From NCBI GenBank assembly GCA_043819075.1, contig JBDRFE010000053.1, forward strand, positions 1-12,903: a stretch of DNA of 12,903 nt. Direction: 5' to 3'. The stretch is from an archaeon. Its GTDB lineage: Archaea; Iainarchaeota; Iainarchaeia; Iainarchaeales; 1-14-0-10-31-34. The position numbers and the translations under genes were made by a program. Positions within the stretch are counted from its first letter, which is position 1. Each line of letters starts with the position of its first letter. The notes under the pieces are model-generated. The model was not told the origin of the DNA and made no database searches. It worked only from the letters and a program-made list of their open reading frames with translations. Positions 1 to 8,763 of the stretch are shown here, in pieces.

Positions 1-20
1 TTACCTCATCATTGCCGATA
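1..20 (+). repeat. 21-bp module-boundary repeat, copy 1 (truncated by window edge)
   Basis: TTACCTCATCATTGCCGATA, 18/20 to consensus positions 2-21 of TTAACCTCATCATTGCCTATA. Confidence 0.85.
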
Positions 21-108
21 AAAACTCATTTACCGCATTTCCAACTTGCACAATCATGAAACTATTTAAAAGTGTTATTGGCATTCAATAATTTAAGGCG
101 CTGTGTTA

Positions 109-2757
109 ATGCAAGAGTTTGCTAAAATGAAAGTTGAAGAGGTTTTGGAACAGCTTGAAAGCTGTTCAACCGGCCTGACAGAAGAAAAAGCCGAAAACCG
201 ATTAGAGAAATACGGCTTCAACGAATTAAAAGAAAAGAAGAAAGTCACGCCTGCAAAAATTTTGTTAAGGCAGTTTGGCAATTTTATGGTCTGGGTTCTG
301 TTTGCGGCGGCTTCTACATCTTATCTTATTGGAGAGATTCTGAGCTTTTGGGCCACATTATTCATCATAATCTTTATAATCGCCGCCGGGTTTATTCAGG
401 AGTTCAAGGCAGAAAAAGCAATGGATTCCTTGAAAAAAATAGTGAAATCAGCAACCAAAGTTATTCGCAACAATAAAGTAAAGAAAATTCTTACAAGAGA
501 GCTCGTTCCAGGCGATGTACTGTTGCTGGAAACAGGCGACAAGGTTCCGGCAGACGCAAAAATACTGGAAGTTATTGGCCTAAAAGCAGATGAGTCGACC
601 TTAACCGGTGAAAGTCAGGCTGTGGAAAAAGCGATAGAAGACATAGTTTTTGCAGGCACGAGTATTGTTCGCGGAAAATGCAAAGCAGTTGTTTTTGCAA
701 CAGGAATGCAGACAAAAATAGGGGAAATTGCTGAAATGATTCAGGAGGAAGAAGAAAAAACGCCTCTTCAGATAAAAATAACGCGATTGGCGAAAACAAT
801 CGCAATGATTGCTTTAGTGGTCTGCGCTCTTATATTTTTATTGGGCATTCTAAGAGGGGCACCAGTTGCATCAATGCTTGTTGTGGCTTTGGCTCTTGCT
901 GTTGCAGCAGTCCCGGAAGGCCTGCCGTTAACGCTGACAGTTACTCTTTCAGTAGGGATGCACAAAATGGCCAAATATAATGCAGTAATAAGACGAATGC
1001 TTGCAGTTGAAACTCTTGGAAGCACCACAGTAATATGCACGGACAAAACAGGCACGCTGACTAAAAACGAGATGACAGTGGAAAAAATCTTTGTTAATGA
1101 CAGTGTGGTTGATGTTACTGGCGTTGGGTATGAACCAAAGGGCAAGTTCTCTATTAATGGACAAAAAATTGATACAAAAAGCAACAGAACAATCTCATTG
1201 ATGTTGAGGGCAGGCACTTTATGCAACAATGCGTTCCTTGAGAAAAAAGGAGAGAACTGGGAAACGATTGGTGATCCAACAGAAGCAGCCTTGGTTGTTT
1301 TGGCTGCAAAAGCAGGGGAATGGAAGGATGACTTGGAAGAAAAAAACCAGCGGCTTGAAGAAATCGTTTTTACCAGCGAAAGAAAAATGATGAGCTGCGT
1401 CAATCAAACCGGAAAAGAAAAAACGGTTTTTGCCAAAGGCGCACCTGAAACAATTCTGGAAAAATGTGGTTTCATTCAAAAGAACGGAAAAACGGAAAAG
1501 ATTTCAAAAGAAGAGATAGAGAAAATCCTGAATGCAAATAAACAGTTTGCAGGCAATGCTCTTAGAGTATTGGGTTTTGCCTATAAAGAAATTTCACTGC
1601 CTCTCACTCCGGAAAACATTGAAAAAGATCTTGTTTTCCTCGGTTTGGCCGCGATGATTGACCCTCCAAGAGAAGAAGTGAAGCATGCAATTGAAACATG
1701 CAAAACCGCGGGAATAAAAACAGTGATGATTACAGGCGATAACGAGCACACCGCAAAAGCAATTGCAAAAGAGATTGGGCTTCTAAATGACGACAACCAG
1801 CGAATAATTACTGGAAAAGAATTAGATGAAATGAATGACGAAGAATTTGAAAATATTGTTGAACAAACAGTGGTTTATGCAAGAACACACCCAGAACATA
1901 AAATGAGAATCGTTAAAGTCCTGCAGAAAAAGGGGCATATTGTTGCAATGACTGGAGATGGCATAAACGATGCGCCGGCAGTAAAAAAGGCTGACATCGG
2001 CATAGCAATGGGCATAAAAGGAACTGATGTCACAAAAGAGTCAGCGGACATGATTCTTATAGATGACAACTTTGCAACAATAGTGGATGCAGTCAGGGGC
2101 GGCAGAACAATCTACGAAAATATAAGAAAATTCACAACTTACCTGCTTTCGAGAAATTTCACTGAAGTGATTTTAATATTCATAGGCATAGCGTTCTTTA
2201 ATTTTAATTTCCTGCCACTGCTCGCTCTGCAAATCTTATTCATAAACTCTTTTGACGAAGTAATGCCTTCTCTGGCTCTCGGAGCCGAACCAGCGAGAAA
2301 AGGAATAATGCAAAAACCGCCAAGAAACCCAAAAGAAAGATTTCTGACAAAAAAGAACACAACAATAATATTAAGCATGGCTGTATTCATGGCTCTGGCA
2401 GCCCTTGCAGTATTCATCCATGCAGATCCGGCAACAAACATTGAAAGGGCAAGAACAATGGTCTTTGCAACAATAGTTAGCATGGTGGTTTTTATCCCTT
2501 CCGGCTTCAGGTCACTTGAGGAACCAATACACAAAATCGGGCTTTTCACAAACAAATGGATGCTACCTACAACAGCTATTGTAGCCATAACAACATTAAT
2601 CGCGATGTATGTCCCTTTTTTCCAAAAAATATTTGAGTTCACAACACTGAATTTGTTTGACTGGCTAATCTGCATATCAGCAGCGTTCAGTGCGTTCATC
2701 TTTCTTGAAGCGCTAAAATTTTTTACAAACAGGAAAAACACAGACTATAATTCTTGA
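109..2757 (+). CDS. Cation-transporting P-type ATPase, type IIA (SERCA/PacL-like)
   Basis: TGES, PEGLP (M4), DKTGTLT phosphorylation site, KGAPE, DPPR, MITGD and TGDGINDAP motifs plus hydrophobic segments. ATG 109 preferred over GTG 103 because AAGGCG lies 8 nt upstream. Confidence 0.95.
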   Translation: MQEFAKMKVEEVLEQLESCSTGLTEEKAENRLEKYGFNELKEKKKVTPAKILLRQFGNFMVWVLFAAASTSYLIGEILSFWATLFIIIFIIAAGFIQEFKAEKAMDSLKKIVKSATKVIRNNKVKKILTRELVPGDVLLLETGDKVPADAKILEVIGLKADESTLTGESQAVEKAIEDIVFAGTSIVRGKCKAVVFATGMQTKIGEIAEMIQEEEEKTPLQIKITRLAKTIAMIALVVCALIFLLGILRGAPVASMLVVALALAVAAVPEGLPLTLTVTLSVGMHKMAKYNAVIRRMLAVETLGSTTVICTDKTGTLTKNEMTVEKIFVNDSVVDVTGVGYEPKGKFSINGQKIDTKSNRTISLMLRAGTLCNNAFLEKKGENWETIGDPTEAALVVLAAKAGEWKDDLEEKNQRLEEIVFTSERKMMSCVNQTGKEKTVFAKGAPETILEKCGFIQKNGKTEKISKEEIEKILNANKQFAGNALRVLGFAYKEISLPLTPENIEKDLVFLGLAAMIDPPREEVKHAIETCKTAGIKTVMITGDNEHTAKAIAKEIGLLNDDNQRIITGKELDEMNDEEFENIVEQTVVYARTHPEHKMRIVKVLQKKGHIVAMTGDGINDAPAVKKADIGIAMGIKGTDVTKESADMILIDDNFATIVDAVRGGRTIYENIRKFTTYLLSRNFTEVILIFIGIAFFNFNFLPLLALQILFINSFDEVMPSLALGAEPARKGIMQKPPRNPKERFLTKKNTTIILSMAVFMALAALAVFIHADPATNIERARTMVFATIVSMVVFIPSGFRSLEEPIHKIGLFTNKWMLPTTAIVAITTLIAMYVPFFQKIFEFTTLNLFDWLICISAAFSAFIFLEALKFFTNRKNTDYNS

Positions 2758-2873
2758 TCCGAAGATTTTCAAGGGAATGGGAAAAACAGCAGTATAACAG
2801 GACTTTAATAAATCTTTTTTTCCTATTTGAGTTGAACTGGTTAAAAAAACAAGGAATTCGGTTATGAACAAGA

Positions 2874-3305
2874 TTATTCTTTGAAGTAATTCTTGTCTTC
2901 TGCAATCAAACCATCTAAAAGCTCAAAGCAGTCCAACTCACCAACAATTTTTCCTTTTTCACAAACAGGAAGGTCTTGCAGGCCAGATACAATGGCTGCA
3001 CGAAAAGCATCATCTAAATCATCATCTAATGAAACAGATATCACAACTTTCATTATATCCCCTGCTTTTAAATCCTTTTTTTTATTAAATATTTTTAGTA
3101 TTTTGGGTTTCATTTTATTAAATATCTGGCCAAAAATTTCCTTGATTGTTATTACTCCGACTAAATTCATTTTTTTGTCAATCACAAAAACTGTTCTGGT
3201 GGATTTATTTTCTGCCATTACTTCAATGACTTTTTCAATGCTATCATCTTCAAAAACTTTATCTACAAAACCAGAATTTTTTTCATAAACATCTCTGACC
3301 TTCAC
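2874..3305 (-). CDS. Stand-alone CBS-pair (Bateman domain) protein
   Basis: MKVRDV start; two CBS units (VFVID..LVGVIT..EI; KAGDIM...LPV...GKIVG.L); GTG start preceded by AGGTGG RBS. Confidence 0.9.
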   Translation of the reverse strand: MKVRDVYEKNSGFVDKVFEDDSIEKVIEVMAENKSTRTVFVIDKKMNLVGVITIKEIFGQIFNKMKPKILKIFNKKKDLKAGDIMKVVISVSLDDDLDDAFRAAIVSGLQDLPVCEKGKIVGELDCFELLDGLIAEDKNYFKE

Positions 3306-3402
3306 TCAACCACCTAAACCTAAAAGACAGTAAAATCTTTTAAATGTTTTCTTTGTTGTTCACTTGTGAAACCTTGAAATAGCATTCAAAACACAATCAG
3401 AA

Positions 3403-3423
3403 TTAATTTATCATTACCTATAA
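3403..3423 (+). repeat. Degenerate tandem copy of the 21-bp boundary repeat
   Basis: TTAATTTATCATTACCTATAA; the 3' part ATCATTACCTATA matches ATCATTGCCTATA 12/13, the 5' part is diverged. Confidence 0.5.
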
Positions 3424-3426
3424 CAT

Positions 3427-3456
3427 TCAATAGTTTTAACTTCATCATCGCCTATT
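3427..3456 (+). repeat. 21-bp module-boundary repeat, copy 2 (with 5' extension TCAATAGTT)
   Basis: Core 3436-3456 TTAACTTCATCATCGCCTATT is 18/21 to consensus; the extension is identical to that of copy 4. Confidence 0.85.
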
Positions 3457-3466
3457 TTGTATGATT

Positions 3467-3483
3467 AAAAAGTTTTAAATATA
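3467..3483 (+). promoter_or_regulatory. Putative archaeal BRE/TATA promoter of the lipoprotein gene
   Basis: AAAAAG-TTTTAAATATA ending about 22 nt before ATG 3505. Confidence 0.5.
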
Positions 3484-3504
3484 AGTTTGATTCTTAAGAT
3501 ACAC

Positions 3505-4614
3505 ATGAAACAATTGTGTTTTGCAGTTGTGGTTTTGTTAATTTTATTTTTTGGATGTACTGAACCATCTGAATCTGATAATACAAGTAATGATGAGTTG
3601 GCTGATGAATCTCTAATTAATGGAAATCAGCAACCACAAGAAAAAGAAATTGATTTGCCTGTGAAACTCACATACACAATTCCAATGTACAAAGAGGATA
3701 AACAAAAATTTGACAGATATATAGTGTATTATCTTGAAAAACAAATAAAATGTTCTGGGAGAGATGCAATTGTTGGTGTGCTGAATTCTTATGAAGAAGG
3801 TGCGCCACCAGAGCATGAGTACTGGGCCAAGTTTACTCTTTATTTGGATAATGGCGAGTTCGGTGTTTCAGAAGGCACTGGAAAATCAGGTTTAACATTT
3901 GACGATGCAAAATCACGGAGACCAGAAGAATATGATTTAATTTCACAACTTAATTTAATATTTGCTTCTAACGGAAAAAATTTTAGTTCCTCTGAAGTAT
4001 GGGAATCAGATATTCCGACAATTTTAAAGGACATTTATTATCCGACAATGGCTGTTGGAGATTTATTGGGCGACCTTTCAATCATAAAAAAAGAAGTTTC
4101 AACAAAACATGCTGTGCCTTGCACTGAATTCAGCGTAAACTTAAAAGGTGGAATGGGTTTTGGTGGTGAAATAGTTTACTGCGTTACTGCTTTAGACAAC
4201 AAGCTTGGTTTGCCTTATGTTGTTTCAATGACAACACCTAAAATGGATATGGACAATGACTTTAAGCTGAAAAAAATTGAGAAAGAATCTTCAGGAGTAT
4301 CGTTTTATCCTCAATGCATGGAACCTTTTTATTGTGCAAAACCAGAGATGATGAATGAACAGGAAAGGAACGAGTGCCAGTCACAGGGAAGATTAGTTTA
4401 TGAGGAAAGAGATGACAAGAAATGCATTACTGCTTTTAAGTGTCTTACCAAAATTGAGTCAGTTAAAATTCAAATAAAGAAAGGGCAGCCAGCTAACTGT
4501 CTTGATCCTAGTGATGAATTGTTACAGGAAGCAATGAAGTGTGTTGAAGGAGAATACGAGCCAAAAAGCATGGAACTTGACGATATGGGTTGTCTTATTT
4601 CAGTGGAATGCTAA
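3505..4614 (+). CDS. Cys-rich exported/lipid-anchored hypothetical protein
   Basis: MKQLCFAVVVLLILFFGC signal with lipobox-like GC, acidic linker, many Cys in the C-terminal third; ATG 3505 preferred over TTG 3487. Confidence 0.8.
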   Translation: MKQLCFAVVVLLILFFGCTEPSESDNTSNDELADESLINGNQQPQEKEIDLPVKLTYTIPMYKEDKQKFDRYIVYYLEKQIKCSGRDAIVGVLNSYEEGAPPEHEYWAKFTLYLDNGEFGVSEGTGKSGLTFDDAKSRRPEEYDLISQLNLIFASNGKNFSSSEVWESDIPTILKDIYYPTMAVGDLLGDLSIIKKEVSTKHAVPCTEFSVNLKGGMGFGGEIVYCVTALDNKLGLPYVVSMTTPKMDMDNDFKLKKIEKESSGVSFYPQCMEPFYCAKPEMMNEQERNECQSQGRLVYEERDDKKCITAFKCLTKIESVKIQIKKGQPANCLDPSDELLQEAMKCVEGEYEPKSMELDDMGCLISVEC

Positions 4615-4671
4615 TTCTTTTCAGAAATATCAAAATTGAATATATGATTATATATTAGCTAATTCGCGCTG

Positions 4672-4692
4672 TTAATCTCATCATTGCCTATA
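4672..4692 (+). repeat. 21-bp module-boundary repeat, copy 3
   Basis: TTAATCTCATCATTGCCTATA, 20/21 to consensus. Confidence 0.9.
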
Positions 4693-4847
4693 GAGATGTA
4701 TAGAAGTTATCCTTAATATTGTTGCTGGCTCATATTTTTTTGGCACATATGAATTACAGGATTATAAAATTAATTCATCCGCAAAATTCAGTTCAAGGAA
4801 ATCCAGCAACCGCTTTTGTATACAAAATTCCTTTCACAAAAAAAAAT

Positions 4848-5387
4848 ATGACTATTTATGACACAGTGGATTTTTTTAGAAAAGAAATATTTTTAAAGAC
4901 AAAAAAAACAAATAAACAAAAGACTGCAGGGAAGGTATTGTTGAGAAAGATCATAAACCTGCATAACAACAACGGCATAAAAAACATTCCCCAGATAACA
5001 TCAATGATTAACCAGATAAAAACAGGAAAAGACATTTTATCTGATTTAGATTTGCCTAATGTAAAATTAGTAAAAACTTGCAACAAGAAATGGGTTTTGT
5101 TTGACGGGCATCACTCCATGCTTGCATACATGGCTCTAGGCAGAAAATATTTGAGTGAAATACCTCATTTAATAATCCAAAACAAAAACGGTTATGTGAA
5201 AGACAGTGAGATTCTTGTATTTTTTGGAGTTCATTCAAAAAAACTTAGAGCTTTGAGTTGGAGAGATTATGTAATAAACTGGCAGCAGCTAAAAGAAAAA
5301 CAACTTTGTAGACGCGTTCAAGAAAATATGGGTGAGCTTTTTGATTCCTTTAAAAATAAAGCTAAAGATAATCTTGCCATAAGATAA
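4848..5387 (+). CDS. ParB/Sulfiredoxin-like N-terminal domain protein (atypical)
   Basis: LPNVKLV...WVLFDGHHSMLAYMALG...IP resembles the ParB/Srx DGHHR motif; ATG 4848 lies about 26 nt after TTTTGTATA; the ORF-track start is TTG 4719. Confidence 0.65.
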   Translation: MTIYDTVDFFRKEIFLKTKKTNKQKTAGKVLLRKIINLHNNNGIKNIPQITSMINQIKTGKDILSDLDLPNVKLVKTCNKKWVLFDGHHSMLAYMALGRKYLSEIPHLIIQNKNGYVKDSEILVFFGVHSKKLRALSWRDYVINWQQLKEKQLCRRVQENMGELFDSFKNKAKDNLAIR

Positions 5388-6400
5388 GAAATTGTTGATT
5401 CTGCTCCCTGATTGATATTAACTGAAATTTCCTCCAAACCATCATGGCAGCCTCCATTTGATTCATTATAAACTGCCTGATTTAAAACGTTTTTCCCCAG
5501 AAACCATTGAAATGCAGTAATTGCTTTCCCTAAATAGCTGTCTTTTTTTGTTATATTATAAGCCAAAACAAGTGTCTGGACCATTGAAGCAGTGTCCACT
5601 GGCTGCTGGGCAAAACTTGATTTTTGGTTGTTTTTTTTATACCATCCGTTGCTTCCAACAGGAGAAAACACTCCGTTTTTGAAAGTAATAGAAACCAAGA
5701 AATCAAGTGATGATTCTGCAATCTCTAAATATTTTTTGTCTTTAGTGGCAAGATAAGAATAAAAAAGTGCTTCAGAAAGTTTGCTGTTGGAATAAGTAAG
5801 ATAACTCTCAAACCAATGCCATTCATTAGAAAAATTATCGTTATACAATGAAATCAGATGATCAGCGGATTCACGGATTCTGGAAATATTTTCAGGCAAA
5901 GGCCTTGCTTTGTTGTAAAAATACAATCCTAAGATTATGAATGCAACCGCTCTAGGGGACTTAATGTTTTTTATTGCATTTAGCGCCCTGCAAAATATTT
6001 GATCAGCTTTATTTTTTAATTCCTGAGAAATGCCTTTAGTGAAAATCAAAAAACCAAGAGACCAGATTGCCCTTCCATGAGCATCTTCAGACCATTGTTC
6101 TAAATTTACTTTTTTATTATAATCAACAAAGTTACATAATTTTCCATCAGGCTGCTGAACGTGTTCAATAAAATCAATATATGTTTTAAGCAGATTTATT
6201 TTATTATTATTTTCTGAAATAGAATAATGCATACAGCAGACTATAATTGCCCTTGCATTGTCATCCAAAGAATATCCGGAATCTGTATCAGGATTTATAT
6301 TCTTTGCAAACTGGATAACTCCAAAATCATCTGTAAGTTTCACTAGATGGCTTAGCTTAATTTCAGGAAATGTTTTTTTATATTTTAGGTAGTCCAGCAT
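5318..6400 (-). CDS. Six-hairpin glycosidase-like (alpha/alpha) domain, normally the C-terminal half of fused GT4 proteins
   Basis: HL..LTDDFGVIQF, GYSLDDNARA, SEDAHGRAIWSLG, W.WFE..LTYSN, F.QQP.D, F.WFLG.N, GGC.DGL and N.NQGAEST motifs; probably out of frame with the upstream GT4 by one base. Confidence 0.85.
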   Translation of the reverse strand: MLDYLKYKKTFPEIKLSHLVKLTDDFGVIQFAKNINPDTDSGYSLDDNARAIIVCCMHYSISENNNKINLLKTYIDFIEHVQQPDGKLCNFVDYNKKVNLEQWSEDAHGRAIWSLGFLIFTKGISQELKNKADQIFCRALNAIKNIKSPRAVAFIILGLYFYNKARPLPENISRIRESADHLISLYNDNFSNEWHWFESYLTYSNSKLSEALFYSYLATKDKKYLEIAESSLDFLVSITFKNGVFSPVGSNGWYKKNNQKSSFAQQPVDTASMVQTLVLAYNITKKDSYLGKAITAFQWFLGKNVLNQAVYNESNGGCHDGLEEISVNINQGAESTISYLMARLSLALFLKESKSSPIFS

Positions 6401-7562
6401 ATTTGTTAAACACCTTTATATTAGATAATGCAATATTAGGCCAAGTCATATGCCTTGTGTAAGAGTATGCGTTCCTTTCCATTTTCTCTTTCAATTTTGG
6501 GTCTGACAACAGTTTCATGATTGCATTTTCAAATGAATGGGGATTATTAAATTCAACTAAAATCCCTCTTTTTGGATTGACTGCTTCTATTGCATGCACA
6601 AAAGGTGTGGAGATAACTGCCCTGCCACAGCCCATTGCATAAGCCAAAGTTCCGCTTACTGCCTGGTATGGATCATTATTTGAACAAATATAAATATCAG
6701 CTGCCTTTAGGTATTGTACTATTTCACTTAACTTGACATATTTGTTGTAAAATTTTACGTTTTTCTGAAGGCCTAATTCTTTTACTTTATTTTTAAGAAA
6801 ATTCCTGTATTTCTCTCCTTCATTTTGCCTTACAATTGGATGTGTTTCCCCTACAATTAAATACAAGAGATTAGAGAATTTTTTTGTGAGTTTAGGCAGT
6901 GCATCAATAACATATTCACAGCCTTTGCCTGCATTAAGCATTCCAAAAGTTAAAAGAATGATGTTGTTTTTATAGCCAATCTTTTTCTTTTCTTTTGCAT
7001 TAGAGCCAAATGAAACAGTTGGTATGCCGTGAGGAATAACCTCAATAGGCGTTTTTATTCCATAATCGTTTCTGAGAATTTCAACAGCGTTTTTTGTCAT
7101 TACAACAAGGCAGGATGATTTTTTCGCAAGGCATTGGACAACTTTTTTTAGTTTGCTGTCAGGCTCTGGTAAAATAGAATGAAATGTAATTACCACTGGC
7201 TTGTTTATTGTATCAAGAAAAGCATTTAGATAATCTTTGCACTGCCCTCCAAAAATGCCAAATTCGTGTTGGATATTAACCAGCTTGATTGAATCCATTT
7301 TATTGATTTTTTTTGCTGTGTCAATGTATTCAGAAATATTATCATCGCTAATATTCAACAGAACATTCTTGGGATAATTATAAGTTGCAGTAGAGTTATC
7401 ATTCATTGCCAGTATCCTTGATTTTATTATAGGAGAGAATTTTTTATCCATTGCATTTGTTAAGTCCCTGGTAAATGTGGCTATACCACATTCTCTTGGA
7501 GGGAATGTTCCCATATATAATATTCCCAAAGATTTCTTTTTGCTGTGCTTTTGTTTTTCCAT
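6378..7562 (-). CDS. Glycosyltransferase family 4 (GT-B)
   Basis: TFPPRECGIATFT, IQHEFGIFGG, IPHGIP, TFG.L..GKG.E, G.THP, QAVSGTLAYAMGCG.AVISTP motifs. Confidence 0.92.
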   Translation of the reverse strand: MEKQKHSKKKSLGILYMGTFPPRECGIATFTRDLTNAMDKKFSPIIKSRILAMNDNSTATYNYPKNVLLNISDDNISEYIDTAKKINKMDSIKLVNIQHEFGIFGGQCKDYLNAFLDTINKPVVITFHSILPEPDSKLKKVVQCLAKKSSCLVVMTKNAVEILRNDYGIKTPIEVIPHGIPTVSFGSNAKEKKKIGYKNNIILLTFGMLNAGKGCEYVIDALPKLTKKFSNLLYLIVGETHPIVRQNEGEKYRNFLKNKVKELGLQKNVKFYNKYVKLSEIVQYLKAADIYICSNNDPYQAVSGTLAYAMGCGRAVISTPFVHAIEAVNPKRGILVEFNNPHSFENAIMKLLSDPKLKEKMERNAYSYTRHMTWPNIALSNIKVFNKYAGLPKI

Positions 7563-7642
7563 TATATAAGATTAAAGCAAAAAATAATTAAAGGGATTAA
7601 ATTCAACTTTATGTTTCTTCTGATTTGAATGTATCACAAAAA

Positions 7643-8674
7643 CTATGGCTTGTTTTTGCTAGCCAACAATTCATTTACAAGTTCTTTTAGGTCAAGAGAA
7701 ACTGCTCCAATCTTTTTATCTGCTGCGCCATAATAAATGTAAAGCCGGTTATCAAACACTGCTGTGCCAGTGGGAAATACAACATTATCTACATTGCCTT
7801 TTTTCTCCCATTCTTCTTCAGGAGAAAAAAGCGGTTCCCGTAAATGGCTTATTACTTTTGTAGGATTTTTTTTATCCAGCAAAGCTGCTCCTGCCCTGTA
7901 AATTCTTCCCTGGTTCATATCATCTACTGCATGATAAATCAAAAGCCAGCCTTTATCTGTTTCAATTGGCGGGCAGCCACCGCCGATGTTCCTGTTTTCA
8001 TACCAATGCCTTGATTCAAGGATTGTAAAATCATATAATTTTGCAAAATGCTTTTTCCAGAAGTCCAGTGTAAGGTCCTTAAAATCATTAAAATAAATTA
8101 CCTGTATGTCTGGAAGAATTCTGTGAACCAAAGCAAACTTTCCATTAATTTTTTTCGGAAACAAGAATGCATCTTTGTCCCATAACAATGCATCTTCGCC
8201 AACTACATCCATAAAATGTGATTCAAAAAGAAAGTACCTGTCTTTCAGCCTCAAACTGCAGGCACGCAATATGTCTGCTGTTGCATGATATGTTATTTGA
8301 GGCGAGATTAACCCTTTTTTTTCAAATTTTTTAAGATCAGTGCTTGTTGCATAAGCTATGTGCACGTTTTTGCCGTCGTAAGCAACATAAGTGAGATAAT
8401 ATTTTTTATCAAGAAAAACAATTCTTGGATCTTCAAGATTATACTCAAAATCTTGTTCTTGAAACAAAAATGGTTTCTTTGATCTTTCTATAACTTTTAA
8501 AGGCCCGTCAAGCTTGCAGTAACCTATTGTTGATCTGTTCTCTTTATTCCAGGCACGGTAAAACATATGCACATGTTTTCCTTTCCTAATGCACGCTGGA
8601 TTAAATACTCCTTTATTTTCAAACTCTAATTCAGTTGGTTCTAAAATAATTCCTTCTCGTTTTATTTGCACCAT
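7643..8674 (-). CDS. Glycoside hydrolase family 130 (mannoside phosphorylase/hydrolase-like beta-propeller)
   Basis: GVFNPA, LEDPRI, YYLTYVAYDG, KDAFLFP.KING, HRI, IGGGCPPIET..GWLLIYH, G.V.NVVFPTG, IYYGAAD motifs. Confidence 0.9.
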   Translation of the reverse strand: MVQIKREGIILEPTELEFENKGVFNPACIRKGKHVHMFYRAWNKENRSTIGYCKLDGPLKVIERSKKPFLFQEQDFEYNLEDPRIVFLDKKYYLTYVAYDGKNVHIAYATSTDLKKFEKKGLISPQITYHATADILRACSLRLKDRYFLFESHFMDVVGEDALLWDKDAFLFPKKINGKFALVHRILPDIQVIYFNDFKDLTLDFWKKHFAKLYDFTILESRHWYENRNIGGGCPPIETDKGWLLIYHAVDDMNQGRIYRAGAALLDKKNPTKVISHLREPLFSPEEEWEKKGNVDNVVFPTGTAVFDNRLYIYYGAADKKIGAVSLDLKELVNELLASKNKP

Positions 8675-8733
8675 GGCATATATTAATCATTACTGATTTA
8701 TATGCTTAATTAATTGTGGGGCGTCTGCTATAA

Positions 8734-8763
8734 TCAATAGTTTTAACCTCATCATTGTCTATA
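8734..8763 (+). repeat. 21-bp module-boundary repeat, copy 4 (with 5' extension TCAATAGTT)
   Basis: Core 8743-8763 TTAACCTCATCATTGTCTATA, 20/21 to consensus. Confidence 0.9.

Noticed and set aside
93..2905. Minus-strand ORFs (62-211 aa) opposite the P-type ATPase
   Set aside because: Antisense shadows of a well-supported gene, with no motifs. The same applies to the antisense ORFs at 2893, 3613, 3840, 4856, 5056, 9561, 10057, 10444 and 11536.
4848..5387. True ParB partition protein with the 21-bp repeats as parS
   Set aside because: No HTH or dimerisation domain, no ParA in the window, and the repeats are not palindromic.
7643..8674. Toxin-type label (Cry7Aa) that I recall being attached to similar proteins
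   Set aside because: The motifs are those of a GH130 beta-propeller; nothing resembles a Cry toxin.
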